From: Candidatus Bathyarchaeota archaeon
GTDB taxonomy: Archaea > Thermoproteota > Bathyarchaeia > Bathyarchaeales > SOJC01
Reading direction: 5' to 3'
Length of the DNA: 64,000 nt
NCBI GenBank assembly: GCA_020351305.1
Contig: CP070730.1
Coordinates: 1,178,133 to 1,242,132 of the forward strand
Of this stretch, positions 39,106 through 48,186 are shown in pieces (positions within the stretch are counted from its first letter, which is position 1; the number at the start of each line of letters is the position of its first letter). A program made the translations under genes and the position numbers. Under the pieces are notes generated by a model. The model worked only from the letters and a program-made list of their open reading frames with translations, was not told where the DNA came from and made no database searches.

Positions 39106-40107
39106 TCAGTTTTCTCCCTGTTTTCTGAGGTCATCAATAATCTGAGAACAACACAAAGAAGAAAACGACACTTCATAACCCAGAGATTCAGCTAGCCTTA
39201 TCGCATCCTCTGCTGGAAAGGCTATACCATTAACTCCTGCCTTGACAGCTAAGACATCAGTCTCTGTCCTGTGTATTCCTCTAGGTCTCATACATCCCAG
39301 CGCCAAAGGTATTGATGGCATCATGAACCTAGCAGCCACAAGCACTTTCCCAATCACAGAAGGCATAGGCGGCATAATTTCTTCCATCATGGTGCCCCGT
39401 ATGGGCATGAAGGCGATGATAATCACTGCTGAAGGATTATAACGTGCAATGATTTTCAGCGCTTGTAGTTCCCCCTTCAATCTACCATAGTGAAGACCTA
39501 CTAGGACATGGGGCACAGTCGGAATGTTAACATCATGCAATACTCTAAGAGAGTTTTCATAATCTGAAACACTGACATCCAGACTATAGACTTCTCTAAT
39601 CGTCTCATCTGACCCGATTATATCAATTAAGGCAGCATCTATTCCTACAGTTTTCAATTGCTTCGCAACATCTTTACGAACCACTCCTGTGTGGATAAAC
39701 ATGGTTAACCCCAAGTCTCGCTTTATTTCTTCCATTGCATCCATGAATCGCTCTAATGGTAATGAGCCATCCGGTAAACATCCACCGCTTATCAAACATC
39801 CCACTGCACCTTTTCTCTTCAAATCTATACAGAGCTTTACAAGTTCTTCTGGTGAATTTGCTGGGTACATGGTATTTAGAATAATACCACCACAGTGTTT
39901 GCATTTCAAAGAACAGGAGGACCCTGTTATAGAGATTGACGGAAATGCAGCGGGGGAGGAACAATAGTAATCAGTCCTGTAATAGACGAAGCTGGGGGCA
40001 TAAAAACGGATTTTTCTTCCAAAATTTCTCCAGCTGACTGTCTGGGCTTTCTTTAAGGCAACCTCAAATTCCTTTTCATCTGCTTCTAGTAGCCATTTGA
40101 AGTTCAC
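39106..40107 (-). CDS. radical SAM protein (BioB/LipA-like; LipS-type candidate)
   Basis: CSLKCKHCGG (CxxxCxxC), a GCLISGG glycine-rich SAM motif, and additional conserved Cys. GTG start. Confidence 0.85.
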   Translation of the reverse strand: MNFKWLLEADEKEFEVALKKAQTVSWRNFGRKIRFYAPSFVYYRTDYYCSSPAAFPSISITGSSCSLKCKHCGGIILNTMYPANSPEELVKLCIDLKRKGAVGCLISGGCLPDGSLPLERFMDAMEEIKRDLGLTMFIHTGVVRKDVAKQLKTVGIDAALIDIIGSDETIREVYSLDVSVSDYENSLRVLHDVNIPTVPHVLVGLHYGRLKGELQALKIIARYNPSAVIIIAFMPIRGTMMEEIMPPMPSVIGKVLVAARFMMPSIPLALGCMRPRGIHRTETDVLAVKAGVNGIAFPAEDAIRLAESLGYEVSFSSLCCSQIIDDLRKQGEN

Positions 40108-40276
40108 AGTTTTCTAAACCCAACCTAAATAATTAAAATCAGTCAATTTATAGAATACGCATTCCCACCGCATATCAGCACTTTGGCTCACACTTGAAAA
40201 CACCCGGTTTGCCTAATAGGTCATCATGTTTTTAAGAAGGATTTCGAACCTTAAATGCACGCAGAAGATTTAGAAC

Positions 40277-41302
40277 ATGATGCCCCCTCAAAAAACAGGA
40301 AAGAGTGAAACATCACCATCCTTAATTCGAGTGTCATCTGGTTCAGCTGTTGTGCTAGGCTTGATGAGTGGATTCTTAAAAACCAAGCCAACAACAGTAT
40401 ACTTGCTTACATATCTCAAAGACAAATGCACAGCAAATTGCGGCTTCTGCTCTCAGGCAAAGAGTAGCAGAAGCAGGGCAGACATGCTTTCTAGAGTAGT
40501 TTGGCCAGTATTTTCAACGAAAAACGTAATCACTGAGCTAGCAACAACGGCTCAGAGGGGGGAAGTGAAACGAGTTTGCATTCAAGCCTTGAACTATCCC
40601 AGAGTGACAATGGATCTCTTAGCCTTAACAAGAAGTATCAAGCTACAGGCGAATAAGTTGCCTATATCTGTTTCATGCCAGCCTTTAAACAAAGAGGATA
40701 TGAGAAAACTGGCTAAAGCGGGCATCGAAAGAATTGGAATCCCATTAGATGCCGCGACAAAGGATGTTTTCGATAGAGTCAAGGGTAGTTGTGTAGGCGG
40801 ACCTTATGATTGGGACAAGCAGCATTGTACGTTACTAGAGGCAGTGAAAGTGTTTGGAAAAGGTAAAGTGAGCACGCATCTAATGGTGGGTCTAGGTGAA
40901 ACAGAGAAAGACATGATAGTAACTGTAAAGTGGTGTATAGATAACTACATTCACCCTGCACTCTTCGCCTTCACACCCCTTCCCGGCACAACACTGGAGC
41001 ATTCTAAGCAGCCAGCCATAAACAAATACAGAAGAATCCAACTCGCACGCTATTTCTTAATGAAAGGTCAGACAAGATTCGAAAGGATAGATTTCAGTGA
41101 AAAAGGCCAAATTATTAACTTCGGGGTTTCACAAGAGTCACTGTATTCCGCTATTAGGAGCGGAGTGCCTTTCTTAACATCTGGGTGCCCTAGCTGCAAC
41201 CGCCCATATTACAACGAAAAACCAAGCGGTCCACTATATAATTTTCCTACACACCCCAATTCACAAGAGGTTCAGGAAATCAGCAGAAAATTATTAGACT
41301 AG
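40277..41302 (+). CDS. radical SAM protein (BioB/LipA-like; LipS-type candidate)
   Basis: CTANCGFCSQ (CxxxCxxC) and C-terminal GCPSCNRPYYNE. Confidence 0.85.
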   Translation: MMPPQKTGKSETSPSLIRVSSGSAVVLGLMSGFLKTKPTTVYLLTYLKDKCTANCGFCSQAKSSRSRADMLSRVVWPVFSTKNVITELATTAQRGEVKRVCIQALNYPRVTMDLLALTRSIKLQANKLPISVSCQPLNKEDMRKLAKAGIERIGIPLDAATKDVFDRVKGSCVGGPYDWDKQHCTLLEAVKVFGKGKVSTHLMVGLGETEKDMIVTVKWCIDNYIHPALFAFTPLPGTTLEHSKQPAINKYRRIQLARYFLMKGQTRFERIDFSEKGQIINFGVSQESLYSAIRSGVPFLTSGCPSCNRPYYNEKPSGPLYNFPTHPNSQEVQEISRKLLD

Positions 41303-41335
41303 ACTTATGCCAATTTTCTTTTCAAAGATATTGCC

Positions 41336-41620
41336 TTATGATTCTGTTTTCGTCTTTTTTCTATATAGAATAAACGTGTGACCTCTAACTTCAACAAGAA
41401 ACGATCCTGTTTGGTGAGCAATCTTGTTTGAAATTTCCTTAGCACTGTACTCCTCCAATGCTCCCTTCTGTATTTTTACTTTCACCATTTCAACTCTTTC
41501 TAACCAACCGTCTACTTCAGCAAGGACCTTTTGCGAAACTCCATTTTTCCCTATCCAGACCTTGGGTCTTTCAACACTTAGCTTACGTTTTATTATCCTT
41601 TTCATTCTTGGCGTTAACAT
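41336..41620 (-). CDS. YhbY/CRS1 (CRM-domain) RNA-binding protein
   Basis: LTPRMKRIIKRKL...VWIGKNGVS...VKVKI...G.TFILYR pattern. Confidence 0.85.
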   Translation of the reverse strand: MLTPRMKRIIKRKLSVERPKVWIGKNGVSQKVLAEVDGWLERVEMVKVKIQKGALEEYSAKEISNKIAHQTGSFLVEVRGHTFILYRKKTKTES

Positions 41621-41807
41621 ACCTCATATCTCCACTCTTTATTGGGTAGCGCATATGCTTGTTACAGTAGCCACAGGTGATGACCACATGTGGTTCTCTG
41701 CATTGCCGAATACGTATGCGACAATTAATACCGGGCAAAATAAACTTTTTACAGCCTTTACATAGATATCGCCGATGTTCTCTCGGTATACTCACCTTGG
41801 ATGCCAT
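41583..41807 (-). CDS. rnp4: RNase P protein component Rpp21/Rnp4 (zinc-ribbon part as tracked; the N-terminal region continues in frame upstream across a TAG, see findings)
   Basis: RRYLCKGCKKFILPGINCRIRIR....VVITCGYCNKHMRYP zinc ribbon typical of Rpp21. Confidence 0.85.
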   Translation of the reverse strand: MASKVSIPREHRRYLCKGCKKFILPGINCRIRIRQCREPHVVITCGYCNKHMRYPIKSGDMRYVNAKNEKDNKT

Positions 41808-42028
41808 AGATATTCGTCTAGCAATCTCAATGTAACGTTGTGCTAATTTTTCATCTTCATGGATGGTATTATCAGCAAGGCGAAAAAGCTATTGAATCCG
41901 ATGTAGCGCAATCTTCTCATTTCTTGTGCTAAATTTTGTGTATTTCACTACGAAGGCAATCTACCCCTTGACTGATAAGATCGTGCATTTATTGAAATAG
42001 CTTTTTATATTAGAACTCATGTTTGAGA

Positions 42029-42211
42029 ATGCGATTAACTTTGGGCCTGAAATCTTTCCTTCACTCCGTTAGTCGATTGTTAAAGTTAGCCACAAAACCT
42101 GGCAGGTCGGAGCTCTGGCAATCGACAAAAATATGCTTATTGGGCATTGCAGTTGTAGGCATCGTTGGTTTTCTCATTAAGCTAATCTCCATGTTCCTAC
42201 AAAGCCTTTAG
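42029..42211 (+). CDS. secE: preprotein translocase subunit SecE (Sec61 gamma)
   Basis: KLATKPGRSELW...single C-terminal TM helix. Immediately upstream of spt5, as in the conserved cluster. Confidence 0.85.
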   Translation: MRLTLGLKSFLHSVSRLLKLATKPGRSELWQSTKICLLGIAVVGIVGFLIKLISMFLQSL

Positions 42212-42227
42212 TTTGGGGGAATTACAG

Positions 42228-42704
42228 ATGTCGAAGGAAAAAGAAATTGCAACATCGGTTTTTGCGGTCCGCACGACTGCTGGCCAGGAAAAGAATGTGG
42301 CAAATTTGATAGCTCTGAGGATGAAGGGCAACAAATTTCCAATCAAGGCAGTTTTAGTGCCAGAAATGTTGAAAGGCTATGTCTTCGTAGAAGCTGAAGG
42401 CCCCCATTTTGTTGAAGAAGCGATTGCAGGAATCAGACATGTTAGATCCCGAGTTCCTGGAATTGTGAACTTCTCTGAAGTTGAGAAGTACGTTGTTGTT
42501 AAACCTGTCATTGAAGAATTAGATGTTGACGATGTAGTGGAAATTATCAGTGGACCTTTTAAGAGCATGAGAGCAAAAATCACTCGAATTGACAAAACAA
42601 AGAGTGAGGTAATCCTTGAACTCTTAGAAGCCACATTCACGCTTCCAATAACGGTTCATGCAGATTATGTCAAAGTTGTAGAGAAGACAAAGAAGGAAGA
42701 GTAA
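42228..42704 (+). CDS. spt5: transcription elongation factor Spt5 (NusG)
   Basis: NGN domain (VFAVRTTAGQEKNVA...GYVFVEA) plus a KOW motif (VEIISGPFKSMRAKITRID). Confidence 0.95.
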   Translation: MSKEKEIATSVFAVRTTAGQEKNVANLIALRMKGNKFPIKAVLVPEMLKGYVFVEAEGPHFVEEAIAGIRHVRSRVPGIVNFSEVEKYVVVKPVIEELDVDDVVEIISGPFKSMRAKITRIDKTKSEVILELLEATFTLPITVHADYVKVVEKTKKEE

Positions 42705-42707
42705 GAA

Positions 42708-43199
42708 ATGGTAGAAAAGAAAACCATTAATGCGTTAGTGAGTGGGGGACAAGCAACTGCTGGACCACCTTTGGGTCCTGCTCTAGGTCCCCTTGGGGTC
42801 AATGTCCTGGCTATAGTGAACAAGATTAATGAGTTGACCAAAAATTATGCCGGAATGAAAGTTCCAGTCAAGATTGAAGTTGATCCTGAGACTAAAGAGT
42901 TTGATGTTTCTGTTGGCACACCCACTACTTCTGCGCTCATCGTCAGTGAATTGAAGATTGAGAAAGGTTCCGGTAGCCCGAAGGAAGAGAAAGCTGGGAA
43001 TCTTACGATGGCCCAATTAGTTAGTCTTACGATGAAAAAACGTTCAGAGTTGTTGGCTAAATCGCCCAAGCTTGCGGCCAAAGAAGTTTTAGGAAGTTGT
43101 GTTAGCATGGGCGTAATGGTAGAAGGAAAAGATCCCCGAGAAGTACAACAAGAAATAGATGAAGGCAAACACGACTCTTTTTTTGAGAAAGAAAAGTGA
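42708..43199 (+). CDS. rpl11: 50S ribosomal protein L11 (uL11)
   Basis: GGQATAGPPLGPALGPLGVNV signature. Confidence 0.97.
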   Translation: MVEKKTINALVSGGQATAGPPLGPALGPLGVNVLAIVNKINELTKNYAGMKVPVKIEVDPETKEFDVSVGTPTTSALIVSELKIEKGSGSPKEEKAGNLTMAQLVSLTMKKRSELLAKSPKLAAKEVLGSCVSMGVMVEGKDPREVQQEIDEGKHDSFFEKEK

Positions 43200-43253
43200 C
43201 AATCTTTTTATAACGGGTCTCCATACGAGTTTTGGCACGAGGAGGTACCGGCA

Positions 43254-43904
43254 ATGTCATTGGATACAAAGAAGGTCCTTGAAGCTGTTGAAAAAGTCAG
43301 AGAGAGGACAAAGAAGAAAAAATTCAACCAATCAGTGGAGCTGATTATCAATCTTCGCGACATTGACATGAAAAAACCGGATGCAAGAATTCAAGAGACT
43401 GTAGAGCTCCCTCATACTTCGAGTAAAAAACCTAAAGCATGTATAATAGCCACCGGAGAACTCGCTCTCAAGGCGAAGAAAGCTGGTGCCGACTTAGTAA
43501 TTGGTAATTCAGAGCTGGAATCTTTAGCTACTGATAAAAAACGACAAAAACAAATCGCAAACAGTTATGATATTTTCATAGCAGAAGCTCCATTAATGCC
43601 CCTCGTAGGAAGGACCTTAGGGTCAATTCTTGGACCCAGGGGTAAGATGCCAAAACCTGTTCCACCAACAGCAGATATTAAGACTCAAATTACGAAATGG
43701 AGCAAGATGGTGAACATAAGATTGCGAAGCCAACCAGTTCTCCAATGTGCTGTGGGAACAGAGGACATGAAAAATGAAGAAGTCGTCGAAAATGTCATAG
43801 CGGTAATAAGAAGAATTGAAGGAAAACTTAAGAGAGGTCTTAAGAACGTTAAGTCGATTTACCTGAAAACCACAATGGGTCCACCAGTGAAGATTCAATT
43901 ATAG
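43254..43904 (+). CDS. rpl1: 50S ribosomal protein L1 (uL1)
   Basis: KKKKFNQSVELIINLRDIDMKKPD... GAGGAGGT lies upstream of the ATG. Confidence 0.97.
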   Translation: MSLDTKKVLEAVEKVRERTKKKKFNQSVELIINLRDIDMKKPDARIQETVELPHTSSKKPKACIIATGELALKAKKAGADLVIGNSELESLATDKKRQKQIANSYDIFIAEAPLMPLVGRTLGSILGPRGKMPKPVPPTADIKTQITKWSKMVNIRLRSQPVLQCAVGTEDMKNEEVVENVIAVIRRIEGKLKRGLKNVKSIYLKTTMGPPVKIQL

Positions 43905-43916
43905 AAGGGATTTGTG

Positions 43917-44795
43917 ATGCCAGAGCAGCGTCGAATAGTGCAAGAAAAGGTTGAAGAAGTGGAAAATATAGGGAAGCTTATACAGAGATTTGATATTATT
44001 GCGTTGGCTAGCTTGCAGAAAGTACGCGCTGCTCAACTACAAACACTTCGAAAGAAACTGCAAGACGATGCTTATCTCCGGGTAATAAAGAATTCACTCA
44101 TGAAACGAGCAATTGCCCAATCTGAAAACAAGCCAAACTTGGAGAAACTTGAACGCTGTCTTAGCGGCTCGACGATTTATCTGTTCACTAACCTTAACCC
44201 CTTCAAACTCGTTCTCTTATTGGAAAAGAGTAAAGTTAAAACCACGGCAAAAGCTGGCGACATAGCTGCTTTTGATGTCGTTGTTCCATCGGGAAACACT
44301 GGACAGCCACCAGGCCCAATAATCAGCCAGCTAGGCGCGGTGGGGTTGAAGACTCACATTGAGTCTGGTAGCGTCTGGATAACAAAGGACACATTGGTGG
44401 TTAGAGAAGGCGAGTCCATCTCACAGCGTTTAGCTGTGGTGTTATCAAAACTAGGCATAAAACCAGTCGAAGCAGGGCTTGTATTGAGAGCAGTCTATGA
44501 CAATGGAACACTAATAGACGAGGAACAACTGGAAATAAGCCTAGACAAAACCAGAACAACCATTAAGGAAGCCCACAAATTTGCCTTCAACCTTTCAATC
44601 AACAGCGCCTATATAACACCCTCTAGCATTGAGTTCTTACTACATAAAGCCCATATAACTGCATATAGATTAAGCGTAAACGAGGAGATACCAACCAAGA
44701 AAACAGTAGCTGAAATTCTAAAGAAGGCACAAATACAAATGCTAAGATTAAAAGCTCGATTAGACAATGTTAATGAGAACACTCAGAAAGGTTGA
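43917..44795 (+). CDS. rplP0: 50S ribosomal stalk protein P0 (uL10)
   Basis: N-terminal L10 domain in the conserved L1-P0-P1 order. The C-terminus lacks the P-protein tail (see findings). Confidence 0.95.
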   Translation: MPEQRRIVQEKVEEVENIGKLIQRFDIIALASLQKVRAAQLQTLRKKLQDDAYLRVIKNSLMKRAIAQSENKPNLEKLERCLSGSTIYLFTNLNPFKLVLLLEKSKVKTTAKAGDIAAFDVVVPSGNTGQPPGPIISQLGAVGLKTHIESGSVWITKDTLVVREGESISQRLAVVLSKLGIKPVEAGLVLRAVYDNGTLIDEEQLEISLDKTRTTIKEAHKFAFNLSINSAYITPSSIEFLLHKAHITAYRLSVNEEIPTKKTVAEILKKAQIQMLRLKARLDNVNENTQKG

Positions 44796-44831
44796 AAAGG
44801 AAGAGTTTAGAAAAGGTAAGAGGTGGATAAA

Positions 44832-45152
44832 ATGGAATATGTCTATGCCGCGCTGCTATTGCACAACGCGGGAAAACCGATAAACGAAGAAAATGTAACA
44901 AAACTTCTGAGCGCTGCTGGGATTAATGCGGATCAAGCTCGAGTGAAGGCTCTGGTCGCTACATTGGATGAAGTAAATATAGACGAAGCTATAAAAACCG
45001 CACCAATAGCGATGGCTGCTCCGGTAGCAGCTGCTGCGCCAGCCAAGGTAGAAGAAAAGCCTGAGGCTAAGAAAGACGAGAAGAAAACGGAAAAGGAAGA
45101 GAAAGAAAAAGAAGAAGCCGCGCTTGAAGGACTTGGTGCCCTATTCGGTTAA
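44832..45152 (+). CDS. rpl12: 50S ribosomal stalk protein P1 (L12)
   Basis: [22 protein letters not shown]...acidic/Ala-rich hinge...[13 protein letters not shown]. Confidence 0.95.
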   Translation: MEYVYAALLLHNAGKPINEENVTKLLSAAGINADQARVKALVATLDEVNIDEAIKTAPIAMAAPVAAAAPAKVEEKPEAKKDEKKTEKEEKEKEEAALEGLGALFG

Positions 45153-45160
45153 AATCTTGT

Positions 45161-45170
45161 AGCTCTTTTT
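45161..45170 (+). terminator. oligo-T tract after the ribosomal protein operon
   Basis: AGCTCTTTTT lies 9 nt after the rpl12 stop and is followed by (GC)5. Confidence 0.3.
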
Positions 45171-45304
45171 GCGCGCGCGCAGTATAAATTCCATGGCTCG
45201 AGGACATCTGCTGAAAAATATTTTCCTTGCCTATAGTTTTAAATGAATCTCTAAATCTTAATGTTAGGCGAAATGCAGGTTACCATCGGTTTAAGGGGTT
45301 AAGG

Positions 45305-48100
45305 TTGAAAAAGAAACGTTTCTCTGAGAAAGAATACCATGTTCCTTTTTTCGATGAAGAAGGATATGTAAGAAAGTTATGTCCCAAATGTGGAGAATTT
45401 TTCTGGACGCTAAATCCCGAAATGGTGACCTGTGGAGAAGCGACTTTTGAAGGCTGCTCCTTATATACCTTCATCAACAACCCACCGACTCGAAGAGCCT
45501 ACAACCTACGAGAAATGCGGGAGGCCTTTCTATCTTTCTTTGAAAAGCGTGGGCATAAAAGGATGAAGTCCTATCCTGTCGTGGCTCGGTGGCGAGACGA
45601 TCTTTACCTCACAAGCGCTAGCATAGTCGACTTCCAACCATATGTGACCAATGGGATAACTCCCCCTCCAGCAAACCCTCTTGTTATCAGTCAGGTCTGC
45701 ATCCGCTTGGTCGATGTTGATAACACAGGACCTACTTTTGGTCGACACGGAACAATTTTCGAGATGGGGGGGCATCACGCTTTCAACTATCCTGACAAAG
45801 AGATTTACTGGAAAGACGACACTGTCAGATATCATCATGAATTCGTCACGAGAGAGTTAGGCATCCCCCCCGATGAGGTGGTTTACAAAGAACATGTATG
45901 GAGTGGCGGTGGAAACGCAGGACCAGATTTAGAAACTGTCGTACGAGGACTTGAACTAGCCACTCTAGTTTTTATGAAGTTTAGAGTGGTCAACGGTGAA
46001 TTCGTTGAGTTGCCCATCCGAACAGTAGATACCGGCTACGGGATTGAACGATATACATGGATTTCGCAAGGCGCTGTGAGTGGATTCCACGCAATCTACG
46101 GTCCAATCCTTGATAGTCTTTTCAAGATGACCAAGATCAAGCGTATTGATTACAAGCTGCTTGGTGAGGTGGCAAGTTTTTCAGGGGCTTATAATCTTGA
46201 TAAATCCACGGAAAGAGGAATCATTTGGGAAAAAGCTGCAGAGCATGCTGGCATGACGACAATGCAGCTTGCTGAATTCCTTCGACCCATAGAGAATGCC
46301 TTTGCTGTGGCAGACCATACGAAAAGTTTAGCTTTTATGCTCGCTGAAGGAGTTGTGCCATCTAATGTCCAAGAAGGATATCTAACGCGCCTTTTGATTC
46401 GCCGCACATATCGTTTATTGAAAACTCTAGGAATCGAGAATCATCTAGATGACATAATGGAACTGCAAATCAATGAATGGTCTAAGGATTTTCCTCATCT
46501 TAAGGAGATGCACAGCGAAATTCTAGAAGTATTATCTGTGGAAAGACAGAAATTCGAGGACACTTTGAGGAGGGGCAGCAACCTGGTTACACGTATAGCT
46601 AGGGATTTGAAGTCGAAGGGAAAGCGACAAATCCCCACTGTTACCTTGCTTGAGCTTTATGATTCTCATGGCCTCCCGCCCGAAGCCGTGAAAGACTATG
46701 CAGCTAAGATAGGAATGGGGGTAGAGATCTCTAAAGACTTTTATAAAATGGTGGCTGAACGCCACCTTCAAGCGCCTCCTAAAGAGTTGGCTGTTGACGA
46801 AAGACTGGGATTAATTGCTGATTTGCCTGAAACTCGCATGCTATACTATGAAAATGCCTACCTAAGAAAATTCGAGTCTCGAGTTCTACGCGTCTTAGAC
46901 AGAAACAAGGTGGTTCTAGAACAGACAAATTTCTATCCTGAAGGCGGGGGACAGCCTGGAGACAAAGGTCGTTTGGAATTTGATGGGAAGAAAGCTGACG
47001 TTACGGATGTGAAAAAAGTCGGTAATATCATTATTCATACTATCAAGGGGGAAATTCCTCAAGAGAGACAAAGAGTGAAGGGTTCAATAGACTGGGATCG
47101 ACGGAGCTATCTTATGAAAGCTCATACTGCTACTCACCTTGTAATGGGAGCAGCGCGAAGAGTCCTCGGTCAGCATGTCTGGCAATCAGGTACTCAGAAA
47201 AACGTTGAACAAGCAAGACTGGATATATCCCATTTCCGACGATTGACATCAGAAGAGGCAAACAAAATAGAGACTTTAGCAAACCAAGCGGTGATTGACA
47301 CCATTTCAGTCGAAACTCAATGGTTGCCACGAGACAAAGCTGAGGCTAAATATGGCTATAGACTTTATCAAGGTGGCGCCGTACCGGGAGTAAGAGTCCG
47401 TGTTGTCAAAGTGGGCGATTGGGAGGTTGAAGCTTGCGCAGGAACCCATGTTAAGAATACAGGCGAAATCGGATTCTTAAAAATCCTTCGTACTGAACGA
47501 GTTCAAGATGGCGTAGAACGAATAGTCTATAGCACTGGACGATACGCGGTTGCGGCTAGCCAAGAAAAGGAAAAGCTGCTTCAACAGATCTCCGAAACAT
47601 TAGGCGCTCCAATGGAAAAGCTCTATCCTACAACACAACGTCTTCTAAAAGAGTGGAAAAATACCCGTCGCGAAAATAAGCGCCTCATAGAAGAAATCGC
47701 GGGGCTGGAAAGCGGAAAAAGGTTAAAACAAACCGCTGAAATCAAAGAAATCGAAGATATAAAGATAATAATACAAGAATTTTCGCCCCTTGACGTTGAC
47801 CGAATGATAAAAACTGCAAGCAAACTAACAGAAAAAGAAAGCATGACAGTTGCCTTATTTTATGGTAAGGATGAAAAAACAGCTCGTATTGTTGTTATGG
47901 CCGGGAAAACATGTGTCAAAAAAGGCGCAAATGCAAGTGAAATCGCAAAAGCAGCAGCAAAAATAATTGGAGGGGGGGGTAGCGGCAGATCAGACTTTGC
48001 CCAAGGTGGTGGAAATAAAATAAGCTCAACCAATGATGCAATTCAAAAGGCCGAAGAAATTTTAAGAGCCCAATTGAAAACGCACCGGAAGCCAAAATAA
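45305..48100 (+). CDS. alaS: alanyl-tRNA synthetase
   Basis: Archaeal N-terminus FFDEEGYVRKLCPKCGEFFWT, the class II core, the editing domain HTATHL/..., and a C-terminal DHHA1-like GGGGSGRSDFAQGGG. The start is uncertain (TTG 45305 or TTG 45227); there is no in-frame ATG near the N-terminus. Confidence 0.95.
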   Translation: MKKKRFSEKEYHVPFFDEEGYVRKLCPKCGEFFWTLNPEMVTCGEATFEGCSLYTFINNPPTRRAYNLREMREAFLSFFEKRGHKRMKSYPVVARWRDDLYLTSASIVDFQPYVTNGITPPPANPLVISQVCIRLVDVDNTGPTFGRHGTIFEMGGHHAFNYPDKEIYWKDDTVRYHHEFVTRELGIPPDEVVYKEHVWSGGGNAGPDLETVVRGLELATLVFMKFRVVNGEFVELPIRTVDTGYGIERYTWISQGAVSGFHAIYGPILDSLFKMTKIKRIDYKLLGEVASFSGAYNLDKSTERGIIWEKAAEHAGMTTMQLAEFLRPIENAFAVADHTKSLAFMLAEGVVPSNVQEGYLTRLLIRRTYRLLKTLGIENHLDDIMELQINEWSKDFPHLKEMHSEILEVLSVERQKFEDTLRRGSNLVTRIARDLKSKGKRQIPTVTLLELYDSHGLPPEAVKDYAAKIGMGVEISKDFYKMVAERHLQAPPKELAVDERLGLIADLPETRMLYYENAYLRKFESRVLRVLDRNKVVLEQTNFYPEGGGQPGDKGRLEFDGKKADVTDVKKVGNIIIHTIKGEIPQERQRVKGSIDWDRRSYLMKAHTATHLVMGAARRVLGQHVWQSGTQKNVEQARLDISHFRRLTSEEANKIETLANQAVIDTISVETQWLPRDKAEAKYGYRLYQGGAVPGVRVRVVKVGDWEVEACAGTHVKNTGEIGFLKILRTERVQDGVERIVYSTGRYAVAASQEKEKLLQQISETLGAPMEKLYPTTQRLLKEWKNTRRENKRLIEEIAGLESGKRLKQTAEIKEIEDIKIIIQEFSPLDVDRMIKTASKLTEKESMTVALFYGKDEKTARIVVMAGKTCVKKGANASEIAKAAAKIIGGGGSGRSDFAQGGGNKISSTNDAIQKAEEILRAQLKTHRKPK

Positions 48101-48186
48101 ATAAAAACATGTAGATCTATTGGTTTAGTGGTGCAAAAAAATGAGGGATCGATTCCTCGTTAGATACTGACAAAACCTTTTATACT

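Noticed and set aside
41889-41891. Genome-wide reassignment of TAG to a sense codon, as an explanation for the in-frame TAG in Rpp21
   Set aside because: At least eight well-supported genes in this window terminate at TAG at their expected C-termini, among them SecE and L1 in the conserved ribosomal cluster. TAG is therefore a normal stop here. Only a local error, pseudogene or site-specific event remains plausible.
43200-43290. L1 autoregulatory mRNA site (23S rRNA mimic) at the start of the L1-P0-P1 transcript, as known in Methanococcus
   Set aside because: I could not recognise the L1-binding helix/loop consensus by eye. It is not reportable without a covariance model.
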